From the NCBI GenBank assembly GCA_050084985.1, contig JBITNC010000002.1:24242001-24306000 (forward strand): DNA of 64,000 nucleotides, written 5' to 3'. Position numbers and translations under genes: made by a program. This DNA is from Nageia nagi. Lineage: Eukaryota > Plantae > Pinophyta. Under the pieces are notes generated by a model. It was given only the letters and a program-made list of their open reading frames with translations, ran no database searches and was not told the origin of the DNA. Below, in pieces: positions 26,415 through 41,494 of the stretch. Each line of letters starts with the position of its first letter. Position 1 is the stretch's first letter.

Positions 26415-29400
26415 ATCTCCCACTTGGATACTAATCCCACTACAATATACAACATTAAGGTATTGAAAGCTTCTCATTATGGCCTCTCATTCCTTGAGAC
26501 CAACCAAATTTGAGAAAAAACTTAATTTATACCTTGTTACAACCTTTGTAAACATATCAACATGGTTTTGAGATATATGAATCTTTCCCAACTTTAGTGA
26601 ACCATCCTTCATCAACTACCATATGAAATGTTACCTTAGTTGTATGTGTTAGGTTCTATAATGGAATATTGAGTTCTTTTCAAGATGGATAACACTTTGA
26701 CTATCAATCTATAATAAATCATCTTTTTTTCTTTTTGCCTAACTTCATCAATATTTACAACTGAATTATATCTTTTTAGGCTTTTGTAGCTGCAATATAA
26801 TATACTTCCATGGTTGAGAGGGCTACAACATTTTAAATATTGGATATCCAACTAACCATTGAACCACCAATGGTAAATTCATACCCCATATTATTACTCC
26901 CATCATCTTGATCACCTTCCATATATGAATCAACATATCCTTACAAGAAAATGTTAGAACCTCCAAAATGTAAAGAGTAATTTGAAATGTATCTCAAATA
27001 CCTATGTATCCACTTAACTGCTTACCAATGTACTCATCTTAGATTGTTCATATATCTACTTACAACTCCCACTTCTTGTACTATGTTCGATCTTGTGGAA
27101 AAAATGCAATACATCAAACTCCCAACTGTTAAATCATAGGGAACCTTAGTTATAGAATCTTGTTGCTCTTATATCTTAGGATACAAATCTTTGGTGAGAT
27201 TAAAGTATTTTTCTAAAGTTGTAGTGAATAATTTTACATTATTTATATTAAATTAATTTATCACCTTCTCAATTGAGAGAAATTTAGCATATGGTTTTCT
27301 TTATCTGTTGTGATTCTCATGCCAAGGATTTGTTTAGGCTCACCTAAATCCTTAATGTCAAATGTTTTAACAACCTTTTCTTTGATATTAACAATGTATT
27401 GAATGCTAGAACCTACCACAAGACAAGAGTAAGATAATCTAGTGTCCATTGTTAGTTCTCTTGAAATGCACATATTGATTAGATTGAAAACTAGTAAACT
27501 TTTGAGTTCCCATGAATGTATCAATCTTAAGATACCATTGCCTTGTAGCATGTTTAAGTTCTTACAATATCTTTTTTAGTTTACATATACAATATTTTTT
27601 ACCCTTTACCTCAAAATATTCAAGTTATTGGACATAAATCTACTCCTCCAAATCCCCATGAAGGAAATTTTTCTTAACATCCAATTGTTCAAGAAAAGGA
27701 TCTTATGTATCCATAATACTCAATATTACTCTAATGCAGGTCATTTTAACAACTAGTGTAAAAACTCTCATCAAAGTATACATTTCTTCTAAGTGAAATG
27801 TTTGACCACTAATCTTTCTTTTTACCTTATTTTTCCATCTCCTTCCTCTTTCAACCTATATACCCATTTGTTTGTTAATGCCTTTTTACCCTTTGAAAGC
27901 TCAACCAAATTCCAAGTTTGATTGAAAATTAGAGAATACATCTCATCCTTCATTACAATCCCCCACTTATTCCATGTAATCATTTGTATGACTTCATCAA
28001 AATATTTAGGTTCACCACTATTAGTATAATCACATAATAAATATCAGTAGAATAATGTTTATAAGGTTTATTAATCCTTTAAGATCTCCTCACAACATTA
28101 GGTGGAGTTTGGTGTTATTATTGTTGAAGATCATTTTGATCATTATAATTTACATGCCCATAAATATCATCAGGAGGTACAAACTTTAAATCCTTTTCCC
28201 TTTTCTTAACTTGCAACCTATCTTTGTACATTCATTTTTCATTAAGTATTATATCTCTACTTCTTATGTTTTTCTGATTATCAACATTCCATAATCTGTA
28301 ACCCAAACCATCAATACCATATCCAATGAAGTAGCATTTTTGAGACTTACAATCAAGTTTATTTCTAAAATATTTATCAATGTGTACAAAATCCTCACAT
28401 CCAAAGACTCTAAAGAAAGAGTAATTTACCCTTTTACCCTTCCACATCTCTTCCGAAATGCCTCCATCCAATCCACTAGATGGACTGCTATTAATTAAGT
28501 AAGCAATAATATCAACAATATTAGCATAAATATATAAAGGTAAAACAACATGCAACCTCATGCTTCTATCTTGTTCCATAATTTTCCTATTCATTCTTTC
28601 TACAACCCCATTTTCTTAAGGTGTCCTTGGAACTACCTTTATTATTCTTATGCCATTATGTGAACAAAATCATCAAATTATTTACTACAAAACTCACCAT
28701 CATTATCATATTTGATACATTTTAACCTTTAACCAATTTCTATAACCACTACCTTTTAAATATTAAAATTTAAAAACACATCAAATTAATGTTTAATGCA
28801 ATAAACCCATGTCTTTCTAGTAGCATCATATATAAAGGTGACTTAGTAGGAGGAACCACCAAGTGAAGTTTCTTGTGAAGGACCCCACACATATATATGT
28901 ACTTACTCTAACTTTTCACTTTTCCCCTCTTTGCAAACTTTAAGAAAGCTTACACTTATTTGTTTACCATACACATAATCCTCACAAAATCCCATTTCAA
29001 TATCTTTTAAATTAAGAAGCAACTTCTTTGAGTATATAATTTTCATACCTTTCTCACTCATGTGACCAAATCTATTATGCCACAAGGTTGCATCTTCACA
29101 TTCTAAAACTAGATTCATGGAGTAGTTAGAAACATTGATAGGTAAATAAAGAGTACCCACCATTCTACTCTTAGCTACCAATAATGAACCTTTAGTGACT
29201 TTCCAAGAAGAATTTCCAAATGAAATCATGTACCCTTCTTTATCCAATCTACTTTCATAAATTAAATTTATTTTAAATATGGGATATATCTTGTTTCATA
29301 TAGTGTCTATAGTGTTCCATTAGGTAATTTAATTGCAATAGTGTTAATACCAAAATATTTACAAGGTTGATCATCACCTAATAACACTTATCCATAGTCA

Positions 29401-30108
29401 CCAAGAACATAGTCTATGAAATACTCTTTATGTGAAGTTGCATGAAAGGAATCACCAAAATCAATTACCTAATCCTCAATATTCCTATAAGATAAAAAAA
29501 TAAGTGCATATTGTAGTATTTCTCTTTCTATATTGGGTTATTGATTTCTATCAGATTTATTATCATTACCTTTTCTAGTCCAACATTCCTTTTTAAGGTG
29601 ACCTTTCTTACCATAATACCATCATTCTAGTTTCTTTTTGGCCCTTGATTGTGACCTTCCTTTGGATTTTCCTCTTGATTTTCTTCTACCTCTTTCTCTT
29701 GATCTCCCTTTACAATCAACCATAAGGGTTGTGCTAGAGCTTTCAACAACTTAATCAAACAATAAAGTTGTGTTAGAGGTTAAATTACTAACAATCATTA
29801 CAAGACTATTCTAACTTTTAGGAAGTGAACATAATATTATTAAATCCCTAATCTCATCAACAAACTTTATCTTAACACATTTTATAGTATTAAACTAATT
29901 TACATGATCAGGAATTAAACCTCCTTCATTCATCTCCATGTTAAATAACTTCTTCTCTAAGTATAAATTTTTTGAGGAAAATGGATTTTCATACATTTTG
30001 GCTAATGTATCTGATATTACTACCTTTATAGTTTTATTATTTGAAATATAGAAGGCTAAACTTGAACTTAAGTAGAGTCTCACAACACCCAAGGCCTTCC
30101 TATTGATT
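25726..30108 (-). mobile_element. Copia-2 (Tork-like): 3' LTR, PPT, pol and 5'-truncated gag
   Basis: gag LAKMYENP, LWHNRFGHMSEKG, RSMRLHVVLP, DLGEPKQILGM; PPT 26415-26428; inserted in the gypsy with TSD AACTT (25721-25725, read on minus). Confidence 0.9.
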
Positions 30109-30227
30109 TAGATTATGTAATATTTATGCAACTGTGAATTGCAATTAATCAAGCCACTAAGGATAAACCACTTTTTACAGTTCAACATCTGATATGAAGT
30201 TTGGTACCTTGTATATGACTTTTCACA

Positions 30228-31044
30228 TGTTTTTAGTAACCCCTAATATTAAAATAGATAGAAAATATAGTAAAACATTCAAACATGTGATTATGTATTA
30301 TCTTAATTATTTAACTCAAATAAACAATAGATAACAAAAATAATAGAAAATAAGTAAATAACCTAAAAGAATATAGAAGTGAAGTGATAGACCTAGGTTT
30401 ATTTGAATCAAGATAACAAATGTACACACTAAATATAAAGGAATCACATGAAAGATAAATACCTATGAATCCTTACCTAGGAGAAGACAATTATATGCAG
30501 ACAAGAACTTGTTGAAGATATGTGATCTTGATGTGCAAGCCCCATTGAGAAAAATAGTAAGAATGGTAGCATGGATTCCAATGATAGTGCAAATGTTAGG
30601 TTTAGAATAGAAACATGGGCATACATGATAGTGCAAATGCTAGGAGTCTAATCGAGTAGATTTTTCCATCAAGGATCAAAGTACAACATAAGGTCTACAA
30701 ATCAAGACAAATACATAATTAAAAAAGATGGAATAACATATGCTAGAGTGATAATAAGATCCCAATCTCAATTGGTGGTGTTTAGAAACACCTAAAATTT
30801 AGATATCAACTATTGAGATAAAATCTTGATCACTTTTCTATGTAATCATACTTACATTTATATATGCAAGATATCCTCCAATGGTCCTTTAGGAAGGATA
30901 GCATCAAAGTTGGGGTACCTAGCATAAAAATAAGAAGATAACATGAGAAATAGTTGATAATAACACCAATAATATGATATAAAATCAATATAGAATAACA
31001 CCTAAGAGAGGCCACCTTAGGGGGACCAAAATTAGGGGTCAACA
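30228..31044. repeat. LTR, probably solo; same family as 39052-39861
   Basis: TGTTTTTAGTAACCCCTAA...TTAGGGGTCAACA; shared blocks aaagataaatacctat and caatctcaat. Confidence 0.7.
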
Positions 31045-32534
31045 ATCAAACTAAAAGACACTAACTCAATATTTATCCATGAAGCTATGAAGCATACATA
31101 AAAGTATACATAAAAATTTAAGCACGTACATGAATAAATAATTGGTGAAAGGTAAAATATATTATACTTGTATTTATAAAATAGCCTTAGTAATAATGTA
31201 AAGGGAAAAAACTTAAATTCTTAACCCTTATTATAATAAATTTCTTTATATTTATAGGCTAACGTACATCAAAAAAACTTATCTAACTTAAGCTCTAACT
31301 ATTAATAAAGGTCATTGGTCGCTTATATTGAAGCTAACTTTTAAGGAAAACTAAACTAAAACTTGGAGAAATCCTTTAGAATAATGTAGTATCATGTGAC
31401 ATGTATCGTTCCATTGATTTGATAGTGCTCTTTAGCTACTCAACTCCTTAATATGACTCTTTTAATAGTTACCATAATTGTAATGGCCTCTTTTGCATTT
31501 AGGGTCACTTTGGGGACACTACTAAGTGAGTTTACTAGCCAACTGAGCCTTTGCATGTCTCATCATGGATTAACTCTACTTTTGCCTCTTTTTGGGAGTT
31601 AGACTCATACTTGTTTATATCATCATTCTCTTTCCCTTGGAGTTAGTTCAAAATTAATTATCTAAGCTTTGTTGACATTGCCACCTTAGTTCATTGGTTA
31701 TTCAAACTTATGAATGCTTTTATCATATCCAAACTTGAGCTATAAATTTTTATCAGGTTTCTAACTTCCTATTACTATTTTCATCATCCTCTTCTACCCA
31801 AAATTAGTACAAAACTAGTTGTTTTAGTTTTGTTCACATCATCGCTTTAACTATCTAAACATCCGAGCTTTTGCATGCTCTTTCCACTTCCACATAGTAA
31901 TTTTAAATCTCAAGTGTTGGAATTCACATTGTTTATGTCACTTAGTTTGAACCCCCAAAATTAATTTAAATTATTCTTGCATGGTTTAGGTGATATCACC
32001 TTGTTTATTGATAGATTTATTTATTTATATCTCATTGGCTAGGACTCTTCATGGTAGGTGCTAACATCATTCAAGAGGGAATCCCAAGGCCTTTGTTATT
32101 TATATTCATAAAACACTACTTCTTGTGTTGGGTTATATCACTCTTCTCCTCAACCTAGTGATGATTCACTTGTTTTGCATTTCTTATCGATGCTCTATCC
32201 ATTGAGTGTTGATGTTACTACTTAATGACTCCCATACTTAGAGTATTTAAAATTTCTTTACTTCCTTGGTGCTCTGATTACTCTTCTTACTAATGTTAGC
32301 TCTCAACAAAACTCCTTTTCCTTATATTTAAACTTTTACTAAGACATGGGAGAGGTTTCTATGGTACATACTAAAAATTTTCATAATTATATCTTTATAA
32401 TAATATATATACAATACAAATTGCTCCCTTATAGCATTTACATCTATATTTTACAACTTTTAGGGGAGCATTTTTCCATAAAATTGTAGGACTCAGATGG
32501 AACTATTAGAATTATAATTTTATTTAGGGCATTG

Positions 32535-33176
32535 TGTAATTAATATGCTTAGCATATTAATAATCACCTAAATTTGGCTATTAGGTGATAATGAGGTTCA
32601 TGCATGTGGGTGGAATAGTATTCTCCACCCAACTTAAAATAATATTGTTAGGTGGAATAGTGTCTCCACTAACAATTAAATGTAATTCTATATTGTAACT
32701 TAGGGTTAACTAAACTATTGTGGTTAGGTTAGTTAACTACCTAAGGTTAGTTTTGAATCCTATAAAAGGAGCTCATTTTGTGAATATTTGTGAGAAGATG
32801 AAGATGGGAAGTTGTTAGTATAGATCTTAGTTAGTAAGGTCTTAAGCATGCAAGCTATGCTTCATGCTAAGGAGAGTCAAGGTTGAGATCCATATGAGTG
32901 TACATTGTTTGAGAGTATAGTGAAAAGGAGACCTAAAGTGGAGTACTCCATGTGATAGAGGAACCACTATACATCTTGTGTTACTATGTGAGAATGCTTT
33001 TTGAGTTCTTAATTTAAAATGATTAATTGCTATATTTGATGAAGATCTTACAAGTGTTATTTGGTTATGGAATCCTTCAATTCCATTAGGAACTACTTCA
33101 CTTACTGTATATTGAAAATTATTGCTATTCAAATTCATTCCTTTGGAAGAGGATCCAAAACTGTAGCCAAATTACA
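32535..33176 (+). repeat. Gypsy-like LTR
   Basis: TGTAATT...AATTACA termini, CCTATAAAAGG TATA box, shares gaggaaccact.tacatcttg with the LTR at 60272-60774. Confidence 0.6.
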
Positions 33177-33299
33177 CTCCACCATGAGCACTTTGTTCAC
33201 CTTCTCATAAGATATGTATTTACATATTCAAATAGTATCCTTGGCCTTTGTTAATAAATAACTAAACTTCTTAATAAAAGTAAACATAACCTCATGAGA

Positions 33300-36200
33300 A
33301 TGAGGAACTGCTTATGCACAAACTTATTAGCATCATCAAATATTGTATTGATGGAGTCTTGATGTTATGTATCCATCATTGGGGTACCACCATTCTACCT
33401 CCAAATATTTGGGACTCCTTTTGTGACTAGGGTATTTAGTTCTTCTTGCATAGTGTTGAGTTCTTTTTCAAGTTCTTCCTTATGTCTTTGGTCCTCCATG
33501 ACAATATTTCCTACATTCATAATACTAGCATCCCAAACCAATGCTTTCTTTCTATAAACTTATGCATCACTTAACTTTACATTAGAGGCTTGGTTAATAA
33601 TTTGAATAGGTTCCTATGCTTCCCCTTTCTTCTAATCAATGATTATCTAAATTCTATCCAGTTGGGGTTGCAACTCAGCCATTATCCCGCAATCAAACTT
33701 CATATAGTCTATCAATAAAGATAAATCCTTAAGTTCATGTGTGATTTTTTCCTAATACTTCTTCAAATTGATGAAAATATTAGCATTAAATCCATTCATC
33801 TCCTATAGGGATAATATTTATTTATTTAAGGTGTTTATGTTCTCATCCTTAAGGGCCACTAGCTTGATTGGCTAGCTCAACATCCCTTTATTTTATTGCT
33901 TTATACTTGGATACTATATGGTAATAATTTTGTGCTAGCTTAGCGACTTTGGAAACAATCTTAGTGTCCTTTTGAGCTAATTTAGTTATTTTAGATATTA
34001 TTTATTCATCTTGTTTATTCAATTTGATAGTTTTTGCTACTATTTTTGCATTCTTCTATTTAATGTGCCCTTCTTTTTGGGCTAACACCACCTTCATTAG
34101 CCCAAGTTATTTCTTTATTTATGCCAATTGTATAATCTTAGCCACAAATGATTCTTTTCTCTATTTCATATCCTTGTTTGATGGTGTTTGACTGATGGAA
34201 TAAATTAGATCATTGACTTATTTGGTAAGGGCCTTGACCTACTCCTTTACAATGTTTAGTTGAGTGATCAAGAGCACATTTTTTCCATATCTTTCTTATA
34301 ATTTAATTCATACCTAGTTGCATCACTCTTCACTAGATCTAAATAGGTTTGAAGAAACTTATTTTTATCCTCGTAGGATATGTTGGCATAAACTAGTTCA
34401 ATGGCCATGTTATTCATCCCTTGTATAGCTTCTCTTAAGGAAATTCCTACATAATGACCATATGAAATGTTTTGCCCTTTGGATCTATCTAGATTTATAG
34501 CCAATTTTGACTTTTGGGAGCTAGGATGCTCTTCACCTTATTCTCTTTCTAGCTTACTTGCCTCTTCTTCATCTCCTATTATTGGTGGAAGATAGTCTAG
34601 GTGGATACCTATTCACCTCTAATGGAGATGAATGAAAAGATAGTCATTGATGTATGCATTGGCTTAGGAGAGGTAGAGGTATAAGGTGGTTCAATGATTT
34701 TGAGTGTGGCATGAATTTGATTTGATGTCATAGGGGCTTCTTGAGGGCTTGCTGTTGTGGGTGAGGAATTGTATGAGCAATTGGGGATGGATGAATAACC
34801 TAGGATATGGATTGAATGGTGAATGGAGAAGATGGTATGGGTTGTTGAGTGTATTTATCTAACATCATTAATGCAACTCAAAACTAGTGTAATGTCATAG
34901 TTTTTTTTATGGTAGTATTTAGAATAGAAAGATTAAGAGTTAGAGAGTGCATACGTGTAGTCTTGGTAGTAGAATCCTTATTCCATCTTCTCCATTTTAG
35001 GCTACTAACTTTCTTTATATTATCATCTTTCTCATGATGCTAAGATATCTTCTTCATTAGAATGGGCTAAGGTAGTTTGAATTATTGATATGGCCCAACC
35101 AATGCTACCTTATACTCTTCTTATGTTAGGTCACCTAATTGGGCAGAGGTTACCTCTAATGGATCTTACTCTTTAGCCTATTATGGGTCTTTAATCTCAT
35201 CCTCATAATTTTGACCCCCAATTCTACACCCTCTTATTTCTCATCTTCATTATCTTGATCATATAATTGACCAAATTTTTGGTTCATATCATTGTCCCAT
35301 GGAGCCATTTTGGTGTGTGACTCCATTTTGTATTAGATAAAAGCATGTTATTTGTTAGTGGACCAACCACTTCCCCTTAGTTGCTTCATCAATGCTTTTT
35401 ATAATGCCAACACCATGGGTTCAAACTTATTTACCTTATATATAAGTCTCTCCATGTAGTAAGAGCTTAAACCATTTCCATATTATCTAACATTTACAAC
35501 TCATCCTCTCCTCTCTTCCACCATTTCTTCACATCTGGTTGGGAGCTATTGGTGTACGAACTTGACTTTTTGTTCATGGATTGTATCCTTTTTGAAAAGA
35601 TGTGATCCAAGTAATATTCCCATGCATAAAATATTTCTTGTAGCTTGAGATTGATCAATTTTAATTTCAAATCAACATGTACCCCTTTTTCATCATGAAA
35701 ATTTCTTATTATGAAAATGGTAGGTTATACAATGAAGCCTTCTTCGCTCCCATACCCTATTTCATATCAATGTAGTCTAGTTGACTATGGAATTTTAAAT
35801 AAAAAATATAATTTGTAACATAAAATGGAATAATTATAACACTCTATCCAAATCTATATAATCTAATGATGGTACTTAGAGGTGAAGTACCAATCCCACC
35901 TTTCCATAGTTTTGGTCCTCGAAGCCACTTGCGCTTAGGCCAATAGCCTTAATATCACAAAGCTATAAATCAAAGATAATGTTGGGCCTAAGAAATTATT
36001 TACAAAATTACAATAATTACTAAATGCTCTTAAAATATTTTCCCATTCATTTATTGACATAAGTAGGTTATTTTGGTCATATATGTTTAGTGGTATCCAA
36101 TCAAAGTTTCCCATAATTTTGAAATAATATTAGGTAAATTATGTATGAAACATAGGTGAAAACCCTTGTTTCTAAAATATTGATTAACTATTATGCAATA

Positions 36201-36550
36201 TTCATTGAAATATATTCCAACCAATTAAAAATGAAAGGTCATATTGGGTGTGTAATGGCATATACCATGCAAAATTGGTAATGCAATACTAGCTTGTTTG
36301 ATCTCTCTCCTGATAATGATGACCAATATGGAGAGCGTCATCTATAGGTCATTTCAAAAACATTACATTGGTATCTCCTCTTTGGGAATTTTGGTGTATG
36401 ATATCTTGTAATTATTGATAAACTAGCTCAACATATAATCACTATAATACCTCATTCACTCCCCTATGTGTATATATATCAACCTTCCAAAGCTACCTAG
36501 GGTTTTAAAGCTTGTGTAATTGCTTTCATTAAAAAATCTATGACCACATG
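33300..36550 (-). pseudogene. Long decayed extra ORF 3' of the Athila-like pol, function unknown
   Basis: Codon-like minus-strand sequence broken mostly by CAA/CAG-derived stops, e.g. FNWLEYISMNIA**LINILETRVFTYVSYIIYL; coiled-coil-like C-part (34268-34504); limits approximate. Confidence 0.5.
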
Positions 36551-37269
36551 TCTATTTGCATTTATCACCAATTTTTCCTTAGGGCTAACAAAATTTTGAA
36601 TCAATTTTACCAACTTAGGGGAAAGATAGCATGCTTTTGTTACAAACAAATACAACATGTTATTCCTAGGTTCTTTTCAAATTATGTTTGCATTACTTTC
36701 AAAGAAAAGGCCTTAAGTAGTACCTTTTAGGTTTCAATGAACTCTTGTTATTTGTGTATCTATGATTCCTTCTAGCTTATCACTCCATTTTATTTCTTTA
36801 TTTTCCTTTGCTTGCTTTAGAGTGATGATAGATGTGTCCATAATTATTTCTTAACTTCACTCTTTCCTTTTACCTTTATCTTATTTAGAACTCATTTTCC
36901 CACTTTTGGTTTGCATAAACTATAAATATCCTTTGGTTGGGTACTTGATCCTTTTTTCATGAACTTAGAATCAACTTTTTTTTGTAGGCTTCATCTTATC
37001 TCTTTATTTCAATATTAAATTTGGGTTTTCTATCTCTTTGGATCACCACCTTGCATGCAAGAATTACTAATTCTTTAGAAGAAAGGCATCTTATTCAAGT
37101 CATGTGAAGCATTAAATGCTCCCATGTACTAATTCCACTACTACATAGGAATTGAATATGAATTGTTAATTTTTCCTCTTGTTAAATGTAATATATGATA
37201 CATAAATCTACATTAATGAACTAACACTACACACATGTATATACATTAATTTATAAGATGACTAGTAGT

Positions 37270-40000
37270 GTCCTGTCAATGTCTACTTGACATAAAACTT
37301 TAAATGTAATTCATTTATTGGATGAGAAATATATAACCATCCAATCAACATAGTTCCAAGGAATTAAATTTCTTATCCTTATTGATGACATAAGGCTTAG
37401 ACCACATAAAATCAATTTTTTGGTGCCTCTCTAGCTAGCTCCATCTTCATACCATTTCAGGAGTAGTTCACCTTCCTTGAACTCTTTTATTGTGTTCTTA
37501 TTATTATAAAACAACCTTTTAACTATGTTATTTATTTTCTAAATCTCCTTATAATATTCATCTCTTACCTCTTCTAGGTGTAATAATTTGCATAAATGGA
37601 CCTTCATGGGTATGAACTCTAGGATGTCATATTATTGTAAACATTTTAGTGGTGGGATTTCAATATGGTTGGGTAATATTGTTATCTTCCCATAGATAAA
37701 AGTGTAAGGGGAATTCTTGATGGATATATTAATTATGATGCAATCCACCCATAGAGCTTGGTCAAATTTATTATTCCAATATTTTTTATTCTCATGGACA
37801 ATTCTCTTTAGGATATGAAGCACGTTCTTATTAGTAGACTTTACCAAACCATTACCTTGAGGGTAATAATTTGAAGAGGTATTCAAGTAAATATTGTAAT
37901 TCATTGCAAACTCAGTTACCTTCACTCCTAGGAATGTTAAGTCATTATTCAACACTATGCCCACTAGGATCCTGAACCTAGTGATCAATTTTTCAACAAT
38001 AGTTATAATGGTCTCCTATTATGCATTCTTAGTGTCAATTACTTCATCCCATCTAGTGAAATAATCTATTGTGTTCAAGATGAAATTTTGATTAAATGAA
38101 GATTTCAATTTTATGACTCTAATTAAGTCTAACCCCTATTATGGTACTCAACCATGACCAATGGTAGAGGGAGGTTTTCCATCCTTCTCCTTCTGATGTA
38201 ATGATTGCATTTTCATAATTTTTAAAGATTTTAAATGCATATTTAAATATGTTTGGCCAATAATATCTAGCTTTCATGATATTTTTTGTAGTTGTATATT
38301 CTAGATAATGGCCCTCATATGGCCTGAATTGAAATTCATTGATTATATGATCTAATTCCACTAACCTTACATACCTCATCATCTCCCCATTATGACCTTC
38401 TTTGTAAACAACATCATCCATAATGGTATAGCTCAAGGTGCGTACCTTGAATCTTATTTATTGTGAAGCATTGAGGTGTTCCAAGAGTCTCCCATACCAA
38501 AAGTACCTTTTCAATTGGTCTCTCCAATCTCTTTGTTCTAAGGGTTCACCTAAATCATTTTGTACTTTTTTTTAAAATAAGATTGGATTTCTTGAGGCAT
38601 CTATGATAAGTTAATTATATATAGATATACCTTTTATGAATTTGGTTGTCTCACCTCCACATCATACAAATTAATCTTGGTGATCAATTCAACTCTACCT
38701 TCTCCTAGTTCCCTTTGGAAGATGTAATTCCCCAAATTTGGGTATACTGTTAGCACCAACACTTTTCTTTGAGATACAATATGTTTAAGTTTATTGAGTG
38801 CCTTCAAGAAGGCATACACTTGCTTCTCAATGAAGCTATACCACCCTTCATTATTATGAAGGGTTTTACTAAAAATGGCTATTGGATAATCCTTATTATT
38901 GTCTCCCTTTTGAGTCAAAATAACTACAACACTCTTTTATACCTCATAACAATAAAGAATGAATTCCTTGCTAAACTTTATATTCTTGAGAATTAGTTCT
39001 TTCATTATTATTGAATTGATCTTATTAATCAAATCTTTATGATATGTTAAATATTTTTAGTGACCCCTAAAGATAGGTTGCAACAATACTAATATTCATA
39101 TTTAATTATGCATATTACATTTGTTGACTAATAATGAAATAAAAATGCAATATAACAATAATCTAAAGTTTAACAAAATGGAAAAGAATAAAGAAATAAT
39201 AATACTATTCATTAAAATAACATCTATGAATTATTGAGAAAAGGATTAGAAAGATAAATACCTATCACCTTACCTAAGAAGTTAAATGTATATATAAATA
39301 GGGATTTTTCGAAAGAGGATGACCTTGGTATGTGAATCCCTTTAGCAAATATAATAAAAAAACCCTAATATGAATGCTAATGGAAACATGAATAACAAAA
39401 GTAGCACAAATCTTAAGCCTCCACTAGTAGCATGGATGCTAATGATAGCATGAATGCCAAACCTCTTGTATATAAAACACCATAACCAATATACTAAATA
39501 AATATATAGAGTGATAAGCCTAATCTTGCATATAATAACAAATGAAGGAATGAAATATTCTCGAGTGATGATAAAATCACAATCTCAATAAGTGATGTTA
39601 AATAACACATAAACCCTAAGTGGTACTCATTATCAAGATAAAATATTGATGCTTTACTTTAATACCTTTACCTTTATATATGCAAGACAATCACCATAAT
39701 GCACATATATAAGCCAGCATAGATGCTAGTGTATCTTGGAACACAAAAGATAGAATTACATGAGAAGATTCTTAAGTGGACAAACATAAAGCATATAATA
39801 ACCAAATATAGTGTTGAACTTAATAAGGAAACCTATAGGTGGAAAACATTAAGTTTCAACAAAAATCTTCATAGCTATTGAGGTTTTACCCATAATGTAA
39901 GTATCTCTGGATTTATCTTGAATGAAATGATACTTCTCCCCATCCATAGTATTAAACTCCATGTTTAGGTTATCATCCAACATATGATTGATGAATAAGA
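37270..40000 (-). pseudogene. Non-chromovirus (Athila-like) gypsy pol: RT end, RNase H, integrase with GPY/F; split by the LTR at 39052-39861
   Basis: PIAIFSKTL, YSFIEKQVYA, KARYYWP, SSNYYPQGNGLVKSTNK, MWSKPYVI, HLKFY; no extra archaeal RNase H visible between RH and IN. Confidence 0.85.
39052..39861. repeat. LTR inserted in gypsy pol, probably solo
   Basis: TATTTTTAGTGACCCCTAA...TTAAGTTTCAACA; homologous to 30228-31044. Confidence 0.7.
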
Positions 40001-41494
40001 GATTATTTATGAGACTTAGCACATACAAGACCTCCTTTATCTAACAATTATTCTTTTCAAGGTGGAATTCCACATCTCCCTTACCCTTATTATCATAGGG
40101 TGTTTAATGAATAATTTGAGGTTCCTAGGCCTAATATAGTGATATGAGAATGATATGAACACGTAGATTTTCAAAGCTAGTTGTAAAAGAAAATCAATAT
40201 ATCCTAAATATTGGATTTTCAATATAGTTAAAAATATCTCTAGAATAAATTTCCAATGAGTAGTTACATGCCACACATGTAGTTATGGATCTTCAAGAAT
40301 CTTTATTTGGAGTTCTAGGTCATAAATAGCAAATTTTGAGATGTGTACAAACCTCTCGAGTAAAAAAATGGCTTTCCCAGGTAAAATATGATACAAAATG
40401 TATGATTCCTAGGATTTTTGAGGTGTTGACATTAGAAAAATAAGTTTTAGGCATGGTATAGAGGTAAAAGATGAAATTCTAAGCACTCTAATATGGTGAT
40501 GTCAATAATTGATTTCTTGGGGTATGGCATAGAGAAAGGATTGTATAATATCATCACTTTAAGGGTTATAAATTAGTCTATTTGTATCAAAATGTAGAAA
40601 TGTTATATACCATTGGAAATGATATAAAAGTCACTATCCAATGGTGTAAGGAAGAGGGAATATAGAGAAAATTTGATGGTTCAAAAATTAGTTAGAAGTA
40701 AAAGACTCTATGGAGCTTACTGAGCAATACTAGGAAAATGTAGGTTAGAATATTATGGTTTCTAAGTGTGATCCATAATCAAAGTGTAGCATATTATATA
40801 TGGTTTTAAATATATTGAAGTCACCTATCAAAAAAAAATGAATCACAAAAAAGGATGTTAATAATGGAAGTTATAGCCTTTGGAAGAAAACTGATCTTAA
40901 AAGAGGAAGTTTGATACAATAATCAAAATATCCAAATTTACTATAAAAATAATAAAAAAAAAGCACCCACCTAGTTAATATTCTACAAAATAGCTAAATA
41001 TCACCTTGGAATAGCTCTTGAACACTTTTGAAAATATTTGCAAATTATTTCTCCTATAAACATGGCCAATAATGAAAGCACACAACACAACCACATAAAA
41101 AGTTGCAGAGAAATTTCTTAGTATCTCTATTACAGAATGAATACCTAATTTTTATAATATAATGGGATTTTATCCATATACATATATTAAGAAAGAAGAT
41201 TAAGTATTTGATATTCCAACCAATGGTAGGACAAAATCCACTTAAGAAATTAGGAAAAATATAAATGGATATCTATTACTTATGATAAAATGTATGGATG
41301 TCCATATCTCTATATTGGAAGAAGATATAATAACAAAAATATTAGATTATGAGCATTTACAAATTATTATATGCCTGCAATAAAAATTAAGTGGGTAGTT
41401 GAAGTAGATATCCAATAGTAGCTATTGGTGGGATAAAATTATTAATCAAAATATTTGAATGTTAAAAGCATGAAATATATTTTTCTTTTATTGC

